Assembly (NCBI GenBank): GCA_964371655.1
Contig: CAYJOD010000001.1
Span: forward strand, 84,572-148,571
DNA length: 64,000 bases
Source of the DNA: an uncultured Candidatus Binatia bacterium
GTDB taxonomy: Bacteria; Desulfobacterota; Binatia; HRBIN30
Direction: 5' to 3'
Shown here: piece by piece, positions 9,554 to 17,788 of the stretch
Layout: every line of letters starts with the position of its first letter
Position numbering within the stretch: position 1 is the first letter of the stretch
The notes under the pieces: model-generated
The model's input: the letters and a program-made list of their open reading frames with translations, nothing else
Database searches by the model: none
Told to the model about the DNA's origin: nothing
Position numbers and translations under genes: made by a program

Positions 9554-10588
9554 ATGGAGGCAATCTTTTGGAGTTTCCTTACTCATTGGCTGGCACATAA
9601 GTTCATTGATTCCAGCGTCGACTTACTGGCGACTAAGATAGACGAGTCCGCTCCGTCCTTACTGGATCAACCGGGAGATAGCGGCTGGACGGGAGGCGCA
9701 TGGAGCGAGGATCAGCGGCGGGTCATCGAGATCCTCCAGAAGACGCGCACTCTCCAAGGCGGTCGGTGGCGAGCATGGTTACAGCGAGAAGCAAAACGAC
9801 CAATCCTGCTTATAGGGGCGTCGGGCACGGGCAAGTCCGTTCTTGCACTCCGGCTCCTCGGTACTGAACCAAGTGGATCAATCGTAATGAGCCCACGCGA
9901 GGAAAGACTGACTCTGATTCAAGCATCCCGCCGCAGTCAGCTAATCGTTGCCCCGGGCGAGCCGAAGCATGCTCTCATCGGTATCCAACACGTTGTTGAT
10001 ATCATCACCGGGACGAATCCACCGCAGGTCGTATGCATAGTCGTCGCAGGGGGATACCTCGCCACAAGTAGTCCGACATTCATGTCGGATGATGGCGCTG
10101 CCAACTTTCGCCGACCGAGCAGCAATGAGAAGCCCGTGGCAAGAAGCGTAGATGGATTCACCGCCAAGGGTAGAGCCGAGGAGATTGACAATTTGATAAA
10201 TCTTGTAGACATGTGCAAAGACAACGCAAGAAAGGCAAAACGTAGAAGATCGGTGCAAGAGCAGATCCCGTCATTTATCACAGTCATCAACAAGCGCGAC
10301 CTATGGAGTATCCCGGATGATAGGAGTGATGAAATTATCAAGTCCTACACTAACCCACAGTCGCGTTATGGGCGTACTATGAGCCTCCTGCAGGAAGAGT
10401 GGGGACTCAACAATCCATGCAGCCACGATATAATTCCGTTGTTCACGTTCGGCGGCGGCTTTCATCCGGCTCCCGATACGATCGCCAAGGCCTTGCCCCC
10501 GAAGCAAGCCGTTATTGACGCGCTCCTGCTGCGCGCCCTCATATTTTACCGGTACACTAGAGGTAGTGGTCACATTCATGCCGGATAA
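9554..10588 (+). CDS. P-loop GTPase-like protein of unassigned family
   Basis: Walker A/G1 LLIGASGTGKS, G4-like VINKRD, possible G3 variant VAPGE. ATG 9554 is preceded by a purine-rich AAGGGGGG. The track ORF begins at a TTG at 9413. Confidence 0.7.
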   Translation: MEAIFWSFLTHWLAHKFIDSSVDLLATKIDESAPSLLDQPGDSGWTGGAWSEDQRRVIEILQKTRTLQGGRWRAWLQREAKRPILLIGASGTGKSVLALRLLGTEPSGSIVMSPREERLTLIQASRRSQLIVAPGEPKHALIGIQHVVDIITGTNPPQVVCIVVAGGYLATSSPTFMSDDGAANFRRPSSNEKPVARSVDGFTAKGRAEEIDNLINLVDMCKDNARKAKRRRSVQEQIPSFITVINKRDLWSIPDDRSDEIIKSYTNPQSRYGRTMSLLQEEWGLNNPCSHDIIPLFTFGGGFHPAPDTIAKALPPKQAVIDALLLRALIFYRYTRGSGHIHAG

Positions 10589-10979
10589 GCCTAGTAAGAG
10601 ACATTTGAGTGCTCAGGCCCGCTACGAGACCTTTCTCAGCAACCAACTTCGTACATTCTACGTAGCGGTGGCGTTGGCCCTCAGTGGATTGCTGTTCCGA
10701 ACGGAGGCCATCACAGGCCCTCTTAGTCTTGTTCGCGCTACTCTTTTGATCGTGTTCGTTAGCGCGTCCCTTGTGAAGTGCGGCATCGAATTTCTGCGAG
10801 GTCGGCGCATGCTCTGGCTTTCTGCCGACCTAATGCATTTTGCCGGCGAGCCGACTTCCCGCCGAATGTTTGCGATGACTCATATACGTGGCGCTTTCGT
10901 GGCAGTTGGGTTCTTTGACGTGGCGCTCATACTAGACCAGGCCCTCTCGCTATGGGCGGCCTTCCACATCCTTCCCTAA
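10578..10979 (+). CDS. Small multi-pass membrane protein coupled to the GTPase-like gene
   Basis: ATG at 10578 overlaps the upstream stop (10586-10588) by 11 nt. Three hydrophobic helices (FYVAVALALSGLLF, LVRATLLIVFVSASLV, AFVAVGFFDVALIL). Confidence 0.6.
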   Translation: MPDKPSKRHLSAQARYETFLSNQLRTFYVAVALALSGLLFRTEAITGPLSLVRATLLIVFVSASLVKCGIEFLRGRRMLWLSADLMHFAGEPTSRRMFAMTHIRGAFVAVGFFDVALILDQALSLWAAFHILP

Positions 10980-11219
10980 GACTGTCGTGCGCGACTTGTT
11001 CTCGATTTTCCCGCCCCCCCCAATGCCTATCTTCCTTCACGGGCTGAAGGGTCCAATGTCGATGCCCCCGAGAAGCAGGTGCCGGTAGTGGTGCCGGTTG
11101 GGCACCGAAAATGACCCGAAATCGCCGAAAGCAACAGAACGCTTCGATGTCGCTCAAACCCGCTTGGCACAAGGCTTTGCCGTGTTTTAGCTCGCTTTTT
11201 CCGGATCGTCTGGCCCCCG

Positions 11220-11261
11220 CTCATAATCCCTAGGTCCGTGGTTCGAGTCCACGCGCCGCCA
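11220..11261 (+). pseudogene. 3' fragment of a CAU-anticodon tRNA (Met/Ile2-like): putative att-site remnant
   Basis: Reads CTCATAA (anticodon loop), TCCCT, AGGTC, T-arm CGTGG-TTCGAGT-CCACG, acceptor 3' strand CGCCGCC, discriminator A. The upstream sequence cannot form the anticodon-stem 5' strand, D-arm or acceptor 5' strand. Confidence 0.6.
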
Positions 11262-11501
11262 TTCCCCTCTTTTCCGGAAATGATTTCTGCGGCTGCTCGC
11301 GAGTCGGGGCGCGTGGCGCTCGCTGTGTTGGGCGCGGTTTCGCGTCGGGCTTTGGATCTTCACCCTTGGCAGCACTATGCTTGGTGACATGCGTGCAGGG
11401 CGCTGCCGTGACCTATCCGATTGCGGGAAACGACGCTGCCGGCGCCCTGTTACCCCACCGGCTGTAGCGCTGTCCGGGCGGTGCGAACGGTAGGAGATCG
11501 A

Positions 11502-12746
11502 ATGCTTTGGCGCAAACGTGCAGAGCGATGGGTGGTGGGAGTCACCACCGCCCTAGCGCTGGTCGGTTTCGTGGTTGCGACCGCTGACGCGCTGGTCTCA
11601 CTCGGGGACGATACTACCCTGGTCCCGCTGCCGGAAATCGTCGTCGATCCCAACGAGGGCGAGACCTTTGGGGCGATGGCGTCGGTCCTGTTCAGCGACG
11701 AGCACCAGCATCTGCGCCGGATTCTCGCACCCGATGTGCGCTTCAACGACATCACCGGAACCTACCCGACGCTGCGTTACTACGACTACCCGACCCGGCG
11801 CGAGAGATTGTTTCTACAAGCCGGCAAGGCCACCAAGATCGGCGAGTATTTCGAGGCACTGTACCGCGGTGAGGGCCTTTCCGATGGCCGCTTCGATACG
11901 CAGGTTCGGCTCTTTCACGAGAACGACCCCTTCGAACGCTTTTACGGCTTCGGCAACGACACGGCGGCTGCGGCGGAAACGAATTACACCGGCGACACCA
12001 CGATCGCTTCCGGCTACATCGCTGTTCATTTGCCGCACGATCTGCGCCTCGGCATGCAGACGCGTCTGAAGGTCGAGCGCCTGCGTGAGGGTGGCGTGCA
12101 CACTATCGCGCAACTGGTGCGCTCGAACCTGGCCAACACCGTGGGCGCGTCGGGGGCAACAATCGTCGGCCAAGCGTTGACCCTGCGCTACGACACGCGC
12201 GACGACATTGCGATCACGACCACAGGATTCTTGGGTGATGCCACCGTCGAGGTAATCGACCGCGCCCTGGGCAGCTCGGCGTCGTACATTCGCTACAGCA
12301 TCGAGGGTCGCGCCTTTCTTCCGCTTACGCTGGATAAGCGCGTCGTCCTCGCCAGCCAGGCCGTGCTTGCCTACCTCCAGAATGGTGAGCACGCGCCGTT
12401 TTACGACCGCAATTCAATTGGCGGCATGTCAAGCCTGCGCGGTTTTGGCAGCAACCGCTACATCGACAACAATCGCTGCTTCGTCCGCAGCGAACTGCGG
12501 ACGAATGTCTGGGAGCCAGCTTGGTTGGTCGAGGCTTTCCACGTGCACGGTCACTTGGAGGCGGCTCCGTTTGTCGACGTTGGACGCGTCTTCCACAGCT
12601 CGCGGACCTTCCCCTTGGAGGATCCACACGTCGACGGCGGTGTCGGCTTGCGAGCCGTCATTCCGCCGCAGCTGGTCGCCTACGTCGATATCGCCACCAC
12701 TGGGTCTACCGCCACAGTCTTTACCGGCATTGACTACCCATTTTGA
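11502..12746 (+). CDS. Omp85/BamA-family outer-membrane beta-barrel protein
   Basis: Signal/anchor MLWRKRAERWVVGVTTALALVGFVVATADA. C-terminal segments SSLRGFGSNRY and GVGLRAVIPPQLVAYVDIA, with terminal aromatic residue (..GIDYPF). Confidence 0.7.
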   Translation: MLWRKRAERWVVGVTTALALVGFVVATADALVSLGDDTTLVPLPEIVVDPNEGETFGAMASVLFSDEHQHLRRILAPDVRFNDITGTYPTLRYYDYPTRRERLFLQAGKATKIGEYFEALYRGEGLSDGRFDTQVRLFHENDPFERFYGFGNDTAAAAETNYTGDTTIASGYIAVHLPHDLRLGMQTRLKVERLREGGVHTIAQLVRSNLANTVGASGATIVGQALTLRYDTRDDIAITTTGFLGDATVEVIDRALGSSASYIRYSIEGRAFLPLTLDKRVVLASQAVLAYLQNGEHAPFYDRNSIGGMSSLRGFGSNRYIDNNRCFVRSELRTNVWEPAWLVEAFHVHGHLEAAPFVDVGRVFHSSRTFPLEDPHVDGGVGLRAVIPPQLVAYVDIATTGSTATVFTGIDYPF

Positions 12747-13246
12747 GGCACCTTAATCTTGCAGCTTGAGGTAAGCGGCCGCCATAGGTTTGAGCAGCCA
12801 AGGGTGAAAGCATAGGAAGAGTCAAGGTAGCCATGGCAACTCTGCGAGCCGCCGGATGCGTGTTTAGAAACATGATGCCCTCCCGTGTCTTGGGCCGCGG
12901 TCACAAAAGCCGGAGCCGTCCCTTAGCGATCAACCCTTCAACGTAGGCGCGGTGCGAGGATCCCGATTGTTGCCAGACGAAACTTCGCGCAGCCACAATG
13001 CTTCCTTCGTACAAGGGCAACGCCGGCAGCGTAGGCTCGCACTACTACCTGCGTGGTTGCTCGGCTGCGCTCCCGTCCGAATAGGCGCCGGGGTGACTAT
13101 ACGGCGACAGCCGCGGGCCAGAAGTCCGTGGATAGTTTGGATTCCGCCGGCTGAGTCTGTCGATGAACTTGGAATTGTGCCCTTCGACGGGTCCACGACT
13201 TGGTCAACACCCTGCTAACATACCTCGCACCAGGAGGTTCCCCGAC

Positions 13247-14092
13247 ATGACAACGGTTCTCCAGAAGGGTCGGTTTCAGTTTGGCCGGCACGAGCTCGCC
13301 TATGAGATCCACGGCGAGAGCGGCGTGCCCTGCGTTCTGCTGCATGGCCTTCTGCTGGACTCGCTGGTGAACCGCGACCTCGCGGCGCGCTTCGTCACCC
13401 AGGGCTACCGGGTGATCCTGCTCGACCTGCTCGGCCATGGGGAGAGCGACAAGCCCACCGACCCGCGCGAGCTACGCGTCGACTTCTTCGCGGAGCAGAC
13501 GCTGGCGCTGCTCGACCACCTCGGGATCGAGCGGGCGCTCGTCGGTGGAGTGTCCCTCGGAGCGATCACCGCGCTCCAGGTCGCGGCGGTGGCCCCGCAG
13601 CGCTGCCTCGGACTGTTCATCGAGATGCCGGTCATGGAGTGGTCGACGATGTTTGCCGCACTCCTCCTGGTACCGCTGATCACCATCGTGGACTATGGAT
13701 CGTTCATCGCGCGCCCGCTCGCCCGCATCCTCCGGCGCCTACCGCGGCCGAGCATCGATCTGCTCGCGAGCTTCATGAATGCCGCGTCCACGGAGCCGGA
13801 GGTCATCACGGCTGTGCTGCACGGTATCCTGGTGGGTCCAGTTGTGCCGCCCGCGGAACGTCGGCGGCAACTCACGATGCCAACGCTGGTGATCGGCCAT
13901 CGCGGCGATCGGCTGCACGCGCACCGTGACGCGGCGGAGCTTGCGCGGGAGATGCCGAACGCACGATTGTTGGAGGCCCGCTGGATCGGCGAGCTGCGCG
14001 CAACACCGGAACGTCTGTGGCCGAAGATCCGCGCCTTCCTCAACGAGGTGAGCGCGATTGCTCGCGACGCCGACAAGCCGCCGGCTGAGTAG
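13247..14092 (+). CDS. Alpha/beta-fold hydrolase
   Basis: VLLHGLLLDS oxyanion region, nucleophile elbow GVSLG, HGESDKP. RBS CAGGAGG lies 10 nt upstream of ATG 13247. Confidence 0.85.
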   Translation: MTTVLQKGRFQFGRHELAYEIHGESGVPCVLLHGLLLDSLVNRDLAARFVTQGYRVILLDLLGHGESDKPTDPRELRVDFFAEQTLALLDHLGIERALVGGVSLGAITALQVAAVAPQRCLGLFIEMPVMEWSTMFAALLLVPLITIVDYGSFIARPLARILRRLPRPSIDLLASFMNAASTEPEVITAVLHGILVGPVVPPAERRRQLTMPTLVIGHRGDRLHAHRDAAELAREMPNARLLEARWIGELRATPERLWPKIRAFLNEVSAIARDADKPPAE

Positions 14093-14201
14093 CGCGGCGA
14101 CCTTTAGCCCGAAAACATCAGTTGAACCGCTGATGGACGCCGATAAACACGGATGCATACAAGGTCGGTGGCGAATGGACTTTAGATTTTGCGAAGAAAT
14201 T

Positions 14202-14305
14202 CTCGCGCCAAGCCGCCAAGACCGCAAAGTTGGTTTCAGAATAAAGCCCACGAGTGATGCGAATGCTCAGCGCCTTGCCTTTGCGGCTTTGCGTCTTGGC
14301 GCGAG
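14202..14305. repeat. Inverted-repeat element of the CTTGGCG(T/G)CTTGGCGCGAG family
   Basis: Arms 14202-14229 and 14279-14305 are near reverse complements. The same motif occurs at 39312-39381 and 39500-39526. Confidence 0.7.
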
Positions 14306-14613
14306 CATCCATTTCTTACAGCACGGTTCTCCTGCAATTTCTTGTGCGCCTGGTTGCGATCAGTTGCGGTGGTGATCAGCGGTGATCCCCCTTGATCGTG
14401 ATTCCAACTGACGTTTTCCGGTTTAGCGGCGGCAAGCCGAAGTAGGTCGCAAGAAAGCCTGCGCTGCGGCCTCTCCGCGCCTTCTCGTCTCCTGCCACAA
14501 GTGGTGCCGGCGTCGTCCCTCGGCGCCACGATTTCGTTACCCGCACCGCCCTGCATCTCCCTCCCAAACCTTCGCGCGCATCCGCGCTAGCGGCGGGCGC
14601 GTCGACGGCTGCT

Positions 14614-16860
14614 TCACGGCGTCGGCGACGGCGTGGCGGTCGGAGTCGCGGGGACTGTCGGAACAGCGGTCGGCGGCGGGCTGAAGTACGTGAGCGCCTT
14701 GTCGTACGCGTCGGCGCCAATGATCGAGCCCATGCTGCGACCGCCGAAGTCATCGGCCAGAATGTGGATGCCGCCCCAGATCCGCGATTGCCCCGCCTGG
14801 TCTGCGGCGTCGAAGTACGTCGCCCACTGCAGCTGAAGGTCATCGCTCGGGCCGAGCTCGAACTTCAGGAAGGCGTTCTTCTTCGCGACGAATGTTCCAA
14901 GGCCGCCCGGGAAGTAGGGAGAACCGGTGAAGTGCGCGAGCACCTCGGCGCCCGAGCGACTAAAGGTACTGTGCCCCGACGTGAACGCCGCGAAGGCGGG
15001 CGTGACGAATGTATCCTTCTGGTACGTGACCCAGGTCTTCGCGCGTATCCACTGCACGCCACTGTATTGCGTGGTTGGATCGATAGGCGCGCCGGGCCAC
15101 GATAGAATTGCAACCTCACCGACAAAATTGGTCAGGGCTGCGTGCCGCTGGCCGGCGGCGCTCGACTCCGGCGTGATCACTTCGATGAGCCCGGGCACTA
15201 GTGGAAGTCCTTCGGGATCGTACGACGGCCCGGTTGGGTCCGACGACTGCCCGTGCTCGCCCATATATCGGATCATCGAGATGGGTCGCACCGAGTCATA
15301 GACGCGCTTGGTCCCCCAGCATCCTATTGCCGCGTCGTGCTCCGCGCCGTTGATCGCGAGGTAGAGCTTCACGTCCCACTCGAGATCGTTCACGATCGGC
15401 CCCCCGCCGCCGATCCGCTTTTCGGTGTGCGGATTGTCGGAGACGCTATTCGCGAGCACGTTCCAATGTCCCGGAGGCGTTTCGGAGCTCGGCCCATCGG
15501 CCCAGAACTCGGCGATCACGCGCCCGAAGTCGCCGCGCTTGACGATCTCGGGAGCGTACGGCAGCCCCGTCGCCGGGTTCACCGGATAACCACTGCCGTC
15601 GTTCGTCCCGAGCGGGTTGTTCCCGAAAGAGGCCGGTGAGACGTCCATCGTAACGCCGTCGTCCGGCGTCAGGCGACTCGACGCCAGGATTACGTCGACC
15701 GCCGCTTGCTTGAAACCTGCGTCGCTCACCGGATCGTTCAGCTTCGGCGGCGGTCCCGGAAGCAACTCTTCGAGATTCGCGGCGAAGGGGAGAACGCTGC
15801 CCCACTGCGGAGCGACGTAGGTCTGGACGGAACCCGGAATCGGGATACCGTTTTGGGTGACCTGGTGCGACAAGGCAAGCGGCTGCCAGCGGTTCGGGTC
15901 GTTCATCGTGGTGCCAGGCAGAGCGACGATAAGAGGATCGTTCACCGGCGAATAGGTGGGATCTCTGTAATTGTTCGCTTCATTGGAACCATCAGTAAGA
16001 CCGTATGCGATTACGGCCTGCGCGATACGGTTGCCGACCGCAGCCGGGGTGTCGCCGGTGGTCGAGGTGAAGCCCGGGTCGTAGCCGAGCGCCGTCATAC
16101 GCGCGGCAAACGAAGCCAGGGAAGCCGCGGCATTGGCCGAGATCTTGTAGCGCTGCGTCAGGATGCCGAACGCGGCATAGCTGATGGCTTCGGCACGATC
16201 CGTCTGGGGATCCGCGGACACGTGTTTCTCGGTGGTAAGGTAGCCGATGGCCATCGGATCATAGGCTGCCCACGCATCCCAGGCCGCTACCGAGAAGTGG
16301 AAGAGATTGCGCGCATGCACGGGCGGCCGCGGCAGATCGATGCGAATGGCGGCGAGGATTTCTTCGTCCCACTGGCGCGCGACGGACTGCGGATGCAACG
16401 TCGGCGTCAGCGACGGCGTCGGTGACATCGTCGGCGTCGACGTATCGGCCCCGGTCGCCGTGAGCGTCGGCGTGGCGGTCGCGGTGCCGGTCGGCGTGTC
16501 CGTCACCGTGAACGTCGCCGTGGGCTCTACCGGAACTGTCGCGCTCGAAGTTGCGGTGGCGGTGCTAGCCAGCGTAGCGGTCGCGGTGGCAGTACTAGTC
16601 AGCGCCACGGTTGCGCTGGCGGTGTTAGCGGGCGTAGCTGTCGAGGTGACGGTGCTCGTCAACGCAACCGTCGAAGTGGCGGTGCTACCAGGAGGCGTAA
16701 CTGTTGGAGTGGCCGTGGTAGTCAGCGGAACTGTCGCGCTGGGCACATTCGTCGCCGTCGGGTTCGCGACGACCACCGCATCTTTGTCCCCGCAGGAGGT
16801 CAGAACCATGCAACTGAGAATGAATCCGGACACAGCTAAGCTGCCACGCAATTGAACCAT
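14614..16860 (-). CDS. Vanadium-dependent haloperoxidase-like / PAP2-superfamily lipoprotein with long Thr/Pro/Ala-rich linker
   Basis: Lipobox LTSCGD. About 130-aa T/A/P low-complexity linker. PAP2/VHPO motifs KRVYDSVRP, TSGHST, SRIWGGIHILADD. N-terminal catalytic-domain motif ARQWDEEILAAIR..ARNLFHFSVAAWDAW. Confidence 0.8.
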   Translation of the reverse strand: MVQLRGSLAVSGFILSCMVLTSCGDKDAVVVANPTATNVPSATVPLTTTATPTVTPPGSTATSTVALTSTVTSTATPANTASATVALTSTATATATLASTATATSSATVPVEPTATFTVTDTPTGTATATPTLTATGADTSTPTMSPTPSLTPTLHPQSVARQWDEEILAAIRIDLPRPPVHARNLFHFSVAAWDAWAAYDPMAIGYLTTEKHVSADPQTDRAEAISYAAFGILTQRYKISANAAASLASFAARMTALGYDPGFTSTTGDTPAAVGNRIAQAVIAYGLTDGSNEANNYRDPTYSPVNDPLIVALPGTTMNDPNRWQPLALSHQVTQNGIPIPGSVQTYVAPQWGSVLPFAANLEELLPGPPPKLNDPVSDAGFKQAAVDVILASSRLTPDDGVTMDVSPASFGNNPLGTNDGSGYPVNPATGLPYAPEIVKRGDFGRVIAEFWADGPSSETPPGHWNVLANSVSDNPHTEKRIGGGGPIVNDLEWDVKLYLAINGAEHDAAIGCWGTKRVYDSVRPISMIRYMGEHGQSSDPTGPSYDPEGLPLVPGLIEVITPESSAAGQRHAALTNFVGEVAILSWPGAPIDPTTQYSGVQWIRAKTWVTYQKDTFVTPAFAAFTSGHSTFSRSGAEVLAHFTGSPYFPGGLGTFVAKKNAFLKFELGPSDDLQLQWATYFDAADQAGQSRIWGGIHILADDFGGRSMGSIIGADAYDKALTYFSPPPTAVPTVPATPTATPSPTP

Positions 16861-17127
16861 AGTTTTTCCTCGCCTCTCCTCGAACCGCTATCTGAGTCGG
16901 TGACCGACTTCCCAATATCGTAAGGGCCTTTCACTATTCCGAGCCGTGATACTCGCCCAGGTGGAGCGAGCTACCGAATGGCCGCTTCAACATGCCCTCT
17001 GCCTCGAGTCCGAGGCCACTGGAACAGACAGAAGCGCCAGGCGGCTTCCGCACCGCAATTCGGCCGGAGGTGGTGCAGCGGGTTGGAGTTCGGGCTTTGG
17101 CCCAACGCCGGTCCGTTAAGAAGTTCC

Positions 17128-17317
17128 GCCCCGAAGGGGCAGCGATTCGGACGCCCAGGGCAACGCCCTGGGAATACCATCGCGAAGAGATAGAAGCCAT
17201 GAAGGGGCGAGATTCGTTCGGCCACGCTAGGAGTTTCGCCCTTTCAGGGCTTTCGACCGAGACATTCCATTTCCCGGGGCGATGCCCCGGGCTATCGGGT
17301 TGATGCCCCTTCGGGGC
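17128..17317. repeat. Array of five short GC-rich hairpins inside a 928-nt non-coding gap
   Basis: Perfect stems: 17128-17140 GCCCC/GGGGC; 17154-17172 CCCAGGGC/GCCCTGGG; 17238-17250 GCCCT/AGGGC; 17273-17291 CCCGGGGC/GCCCCGGG; 17305-17317 GCCCC/GGGGC. Confidence 0.7.
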
Positions 17318-17659
17318 GGAGTCCATCACCTTAACCGACCGGCATTGGGCTTTAGCCGGCCGCAGGCGTTCAATCAGCGAACGAAGACCGCCTAAAGACG
17401 GAGCTTTAACCACTCGTATCGAATTACCGGGCGAAGCCGCCAAGCTCGTTGAAGGCGCAGCGCCCACGCTTGCCGCGTCCAATGTACCCGCTACCCGTAG
17501 TCCGATCTGCCTCACCCTCATCCTCCCGCGCCAGGTCCAAAGCGAGCAGACTGGTTCGGAAGGCCACGCGCGTCAACTAAGGGAAAATACTGATACGCCC
17601 GACGACGACGCTTGTTCATCCGCATCTCGGAGCGCGCCCGATTGTCACTGTAAAGCAAA

Positions 17660-17687
17660 GAGCCGCCAGGATCGCTCCTGGCGGCTC
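17660..17687 (-). terminator. Candidate intrinsic terminator of the Cys-rich repeat gene
   Basis: 11-bp stem GAGCCGCCAGG/CCTGGCGGCTC with a 6-nt loop. On the minus strand it is followed by TTTGCTTTAC. It lies about 100 nt downstream of the stop at 17789. Confidence 0.45.
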
Positions 17688-17788
17688 TGAATGAAAGCGT
17701 GACCGCAACAATCAACGCTTCTCGCTCAATACTTATCCTCGCTTATCGTCACAGCTCCTTCACCATCGCGTTGATCAGCGGTCGCCAT

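Larger units (their letters stand above)
1..11261. mobile_element. Low-GC genomic island (left end outside window) with tyrosine integrase, ending at a tRNA 3'-half remnant
   Basis: Hand-counted 60-nt blocks: about 52-53% GC at 5581-5640 and 9601-9660, against about 63-72% at 13301-13360 and 20281-20340. Integrase at 3284-4465. tRNA 3' fragment at 11220-11261 at the composition break. Gene content is mostly unassignable. Confidence 0.55.

Noticed and set aside
11164-11179. TGGCACAAGGCTTTGC resembling a sigma-54 promoter near the island junction
   Set aside because: The GG-to-GC spacing is 11 nt rather than 10, and there is no gene immediately downstream, only the tRNA fragment.
16934-17521. 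195-aa ORF on the minus strand in the gap between the haloperoxidase and Cys-repeat genes
   Set aside because: It reads straight through the five GC hairpins. Its peptide is a string of the pseudo-motifs those hairpins generate (SPERAK, PGHRPG, QGVALG, APSGRN). It has no start context or domain, so I treat it as a translation artefact of repeat DNA.
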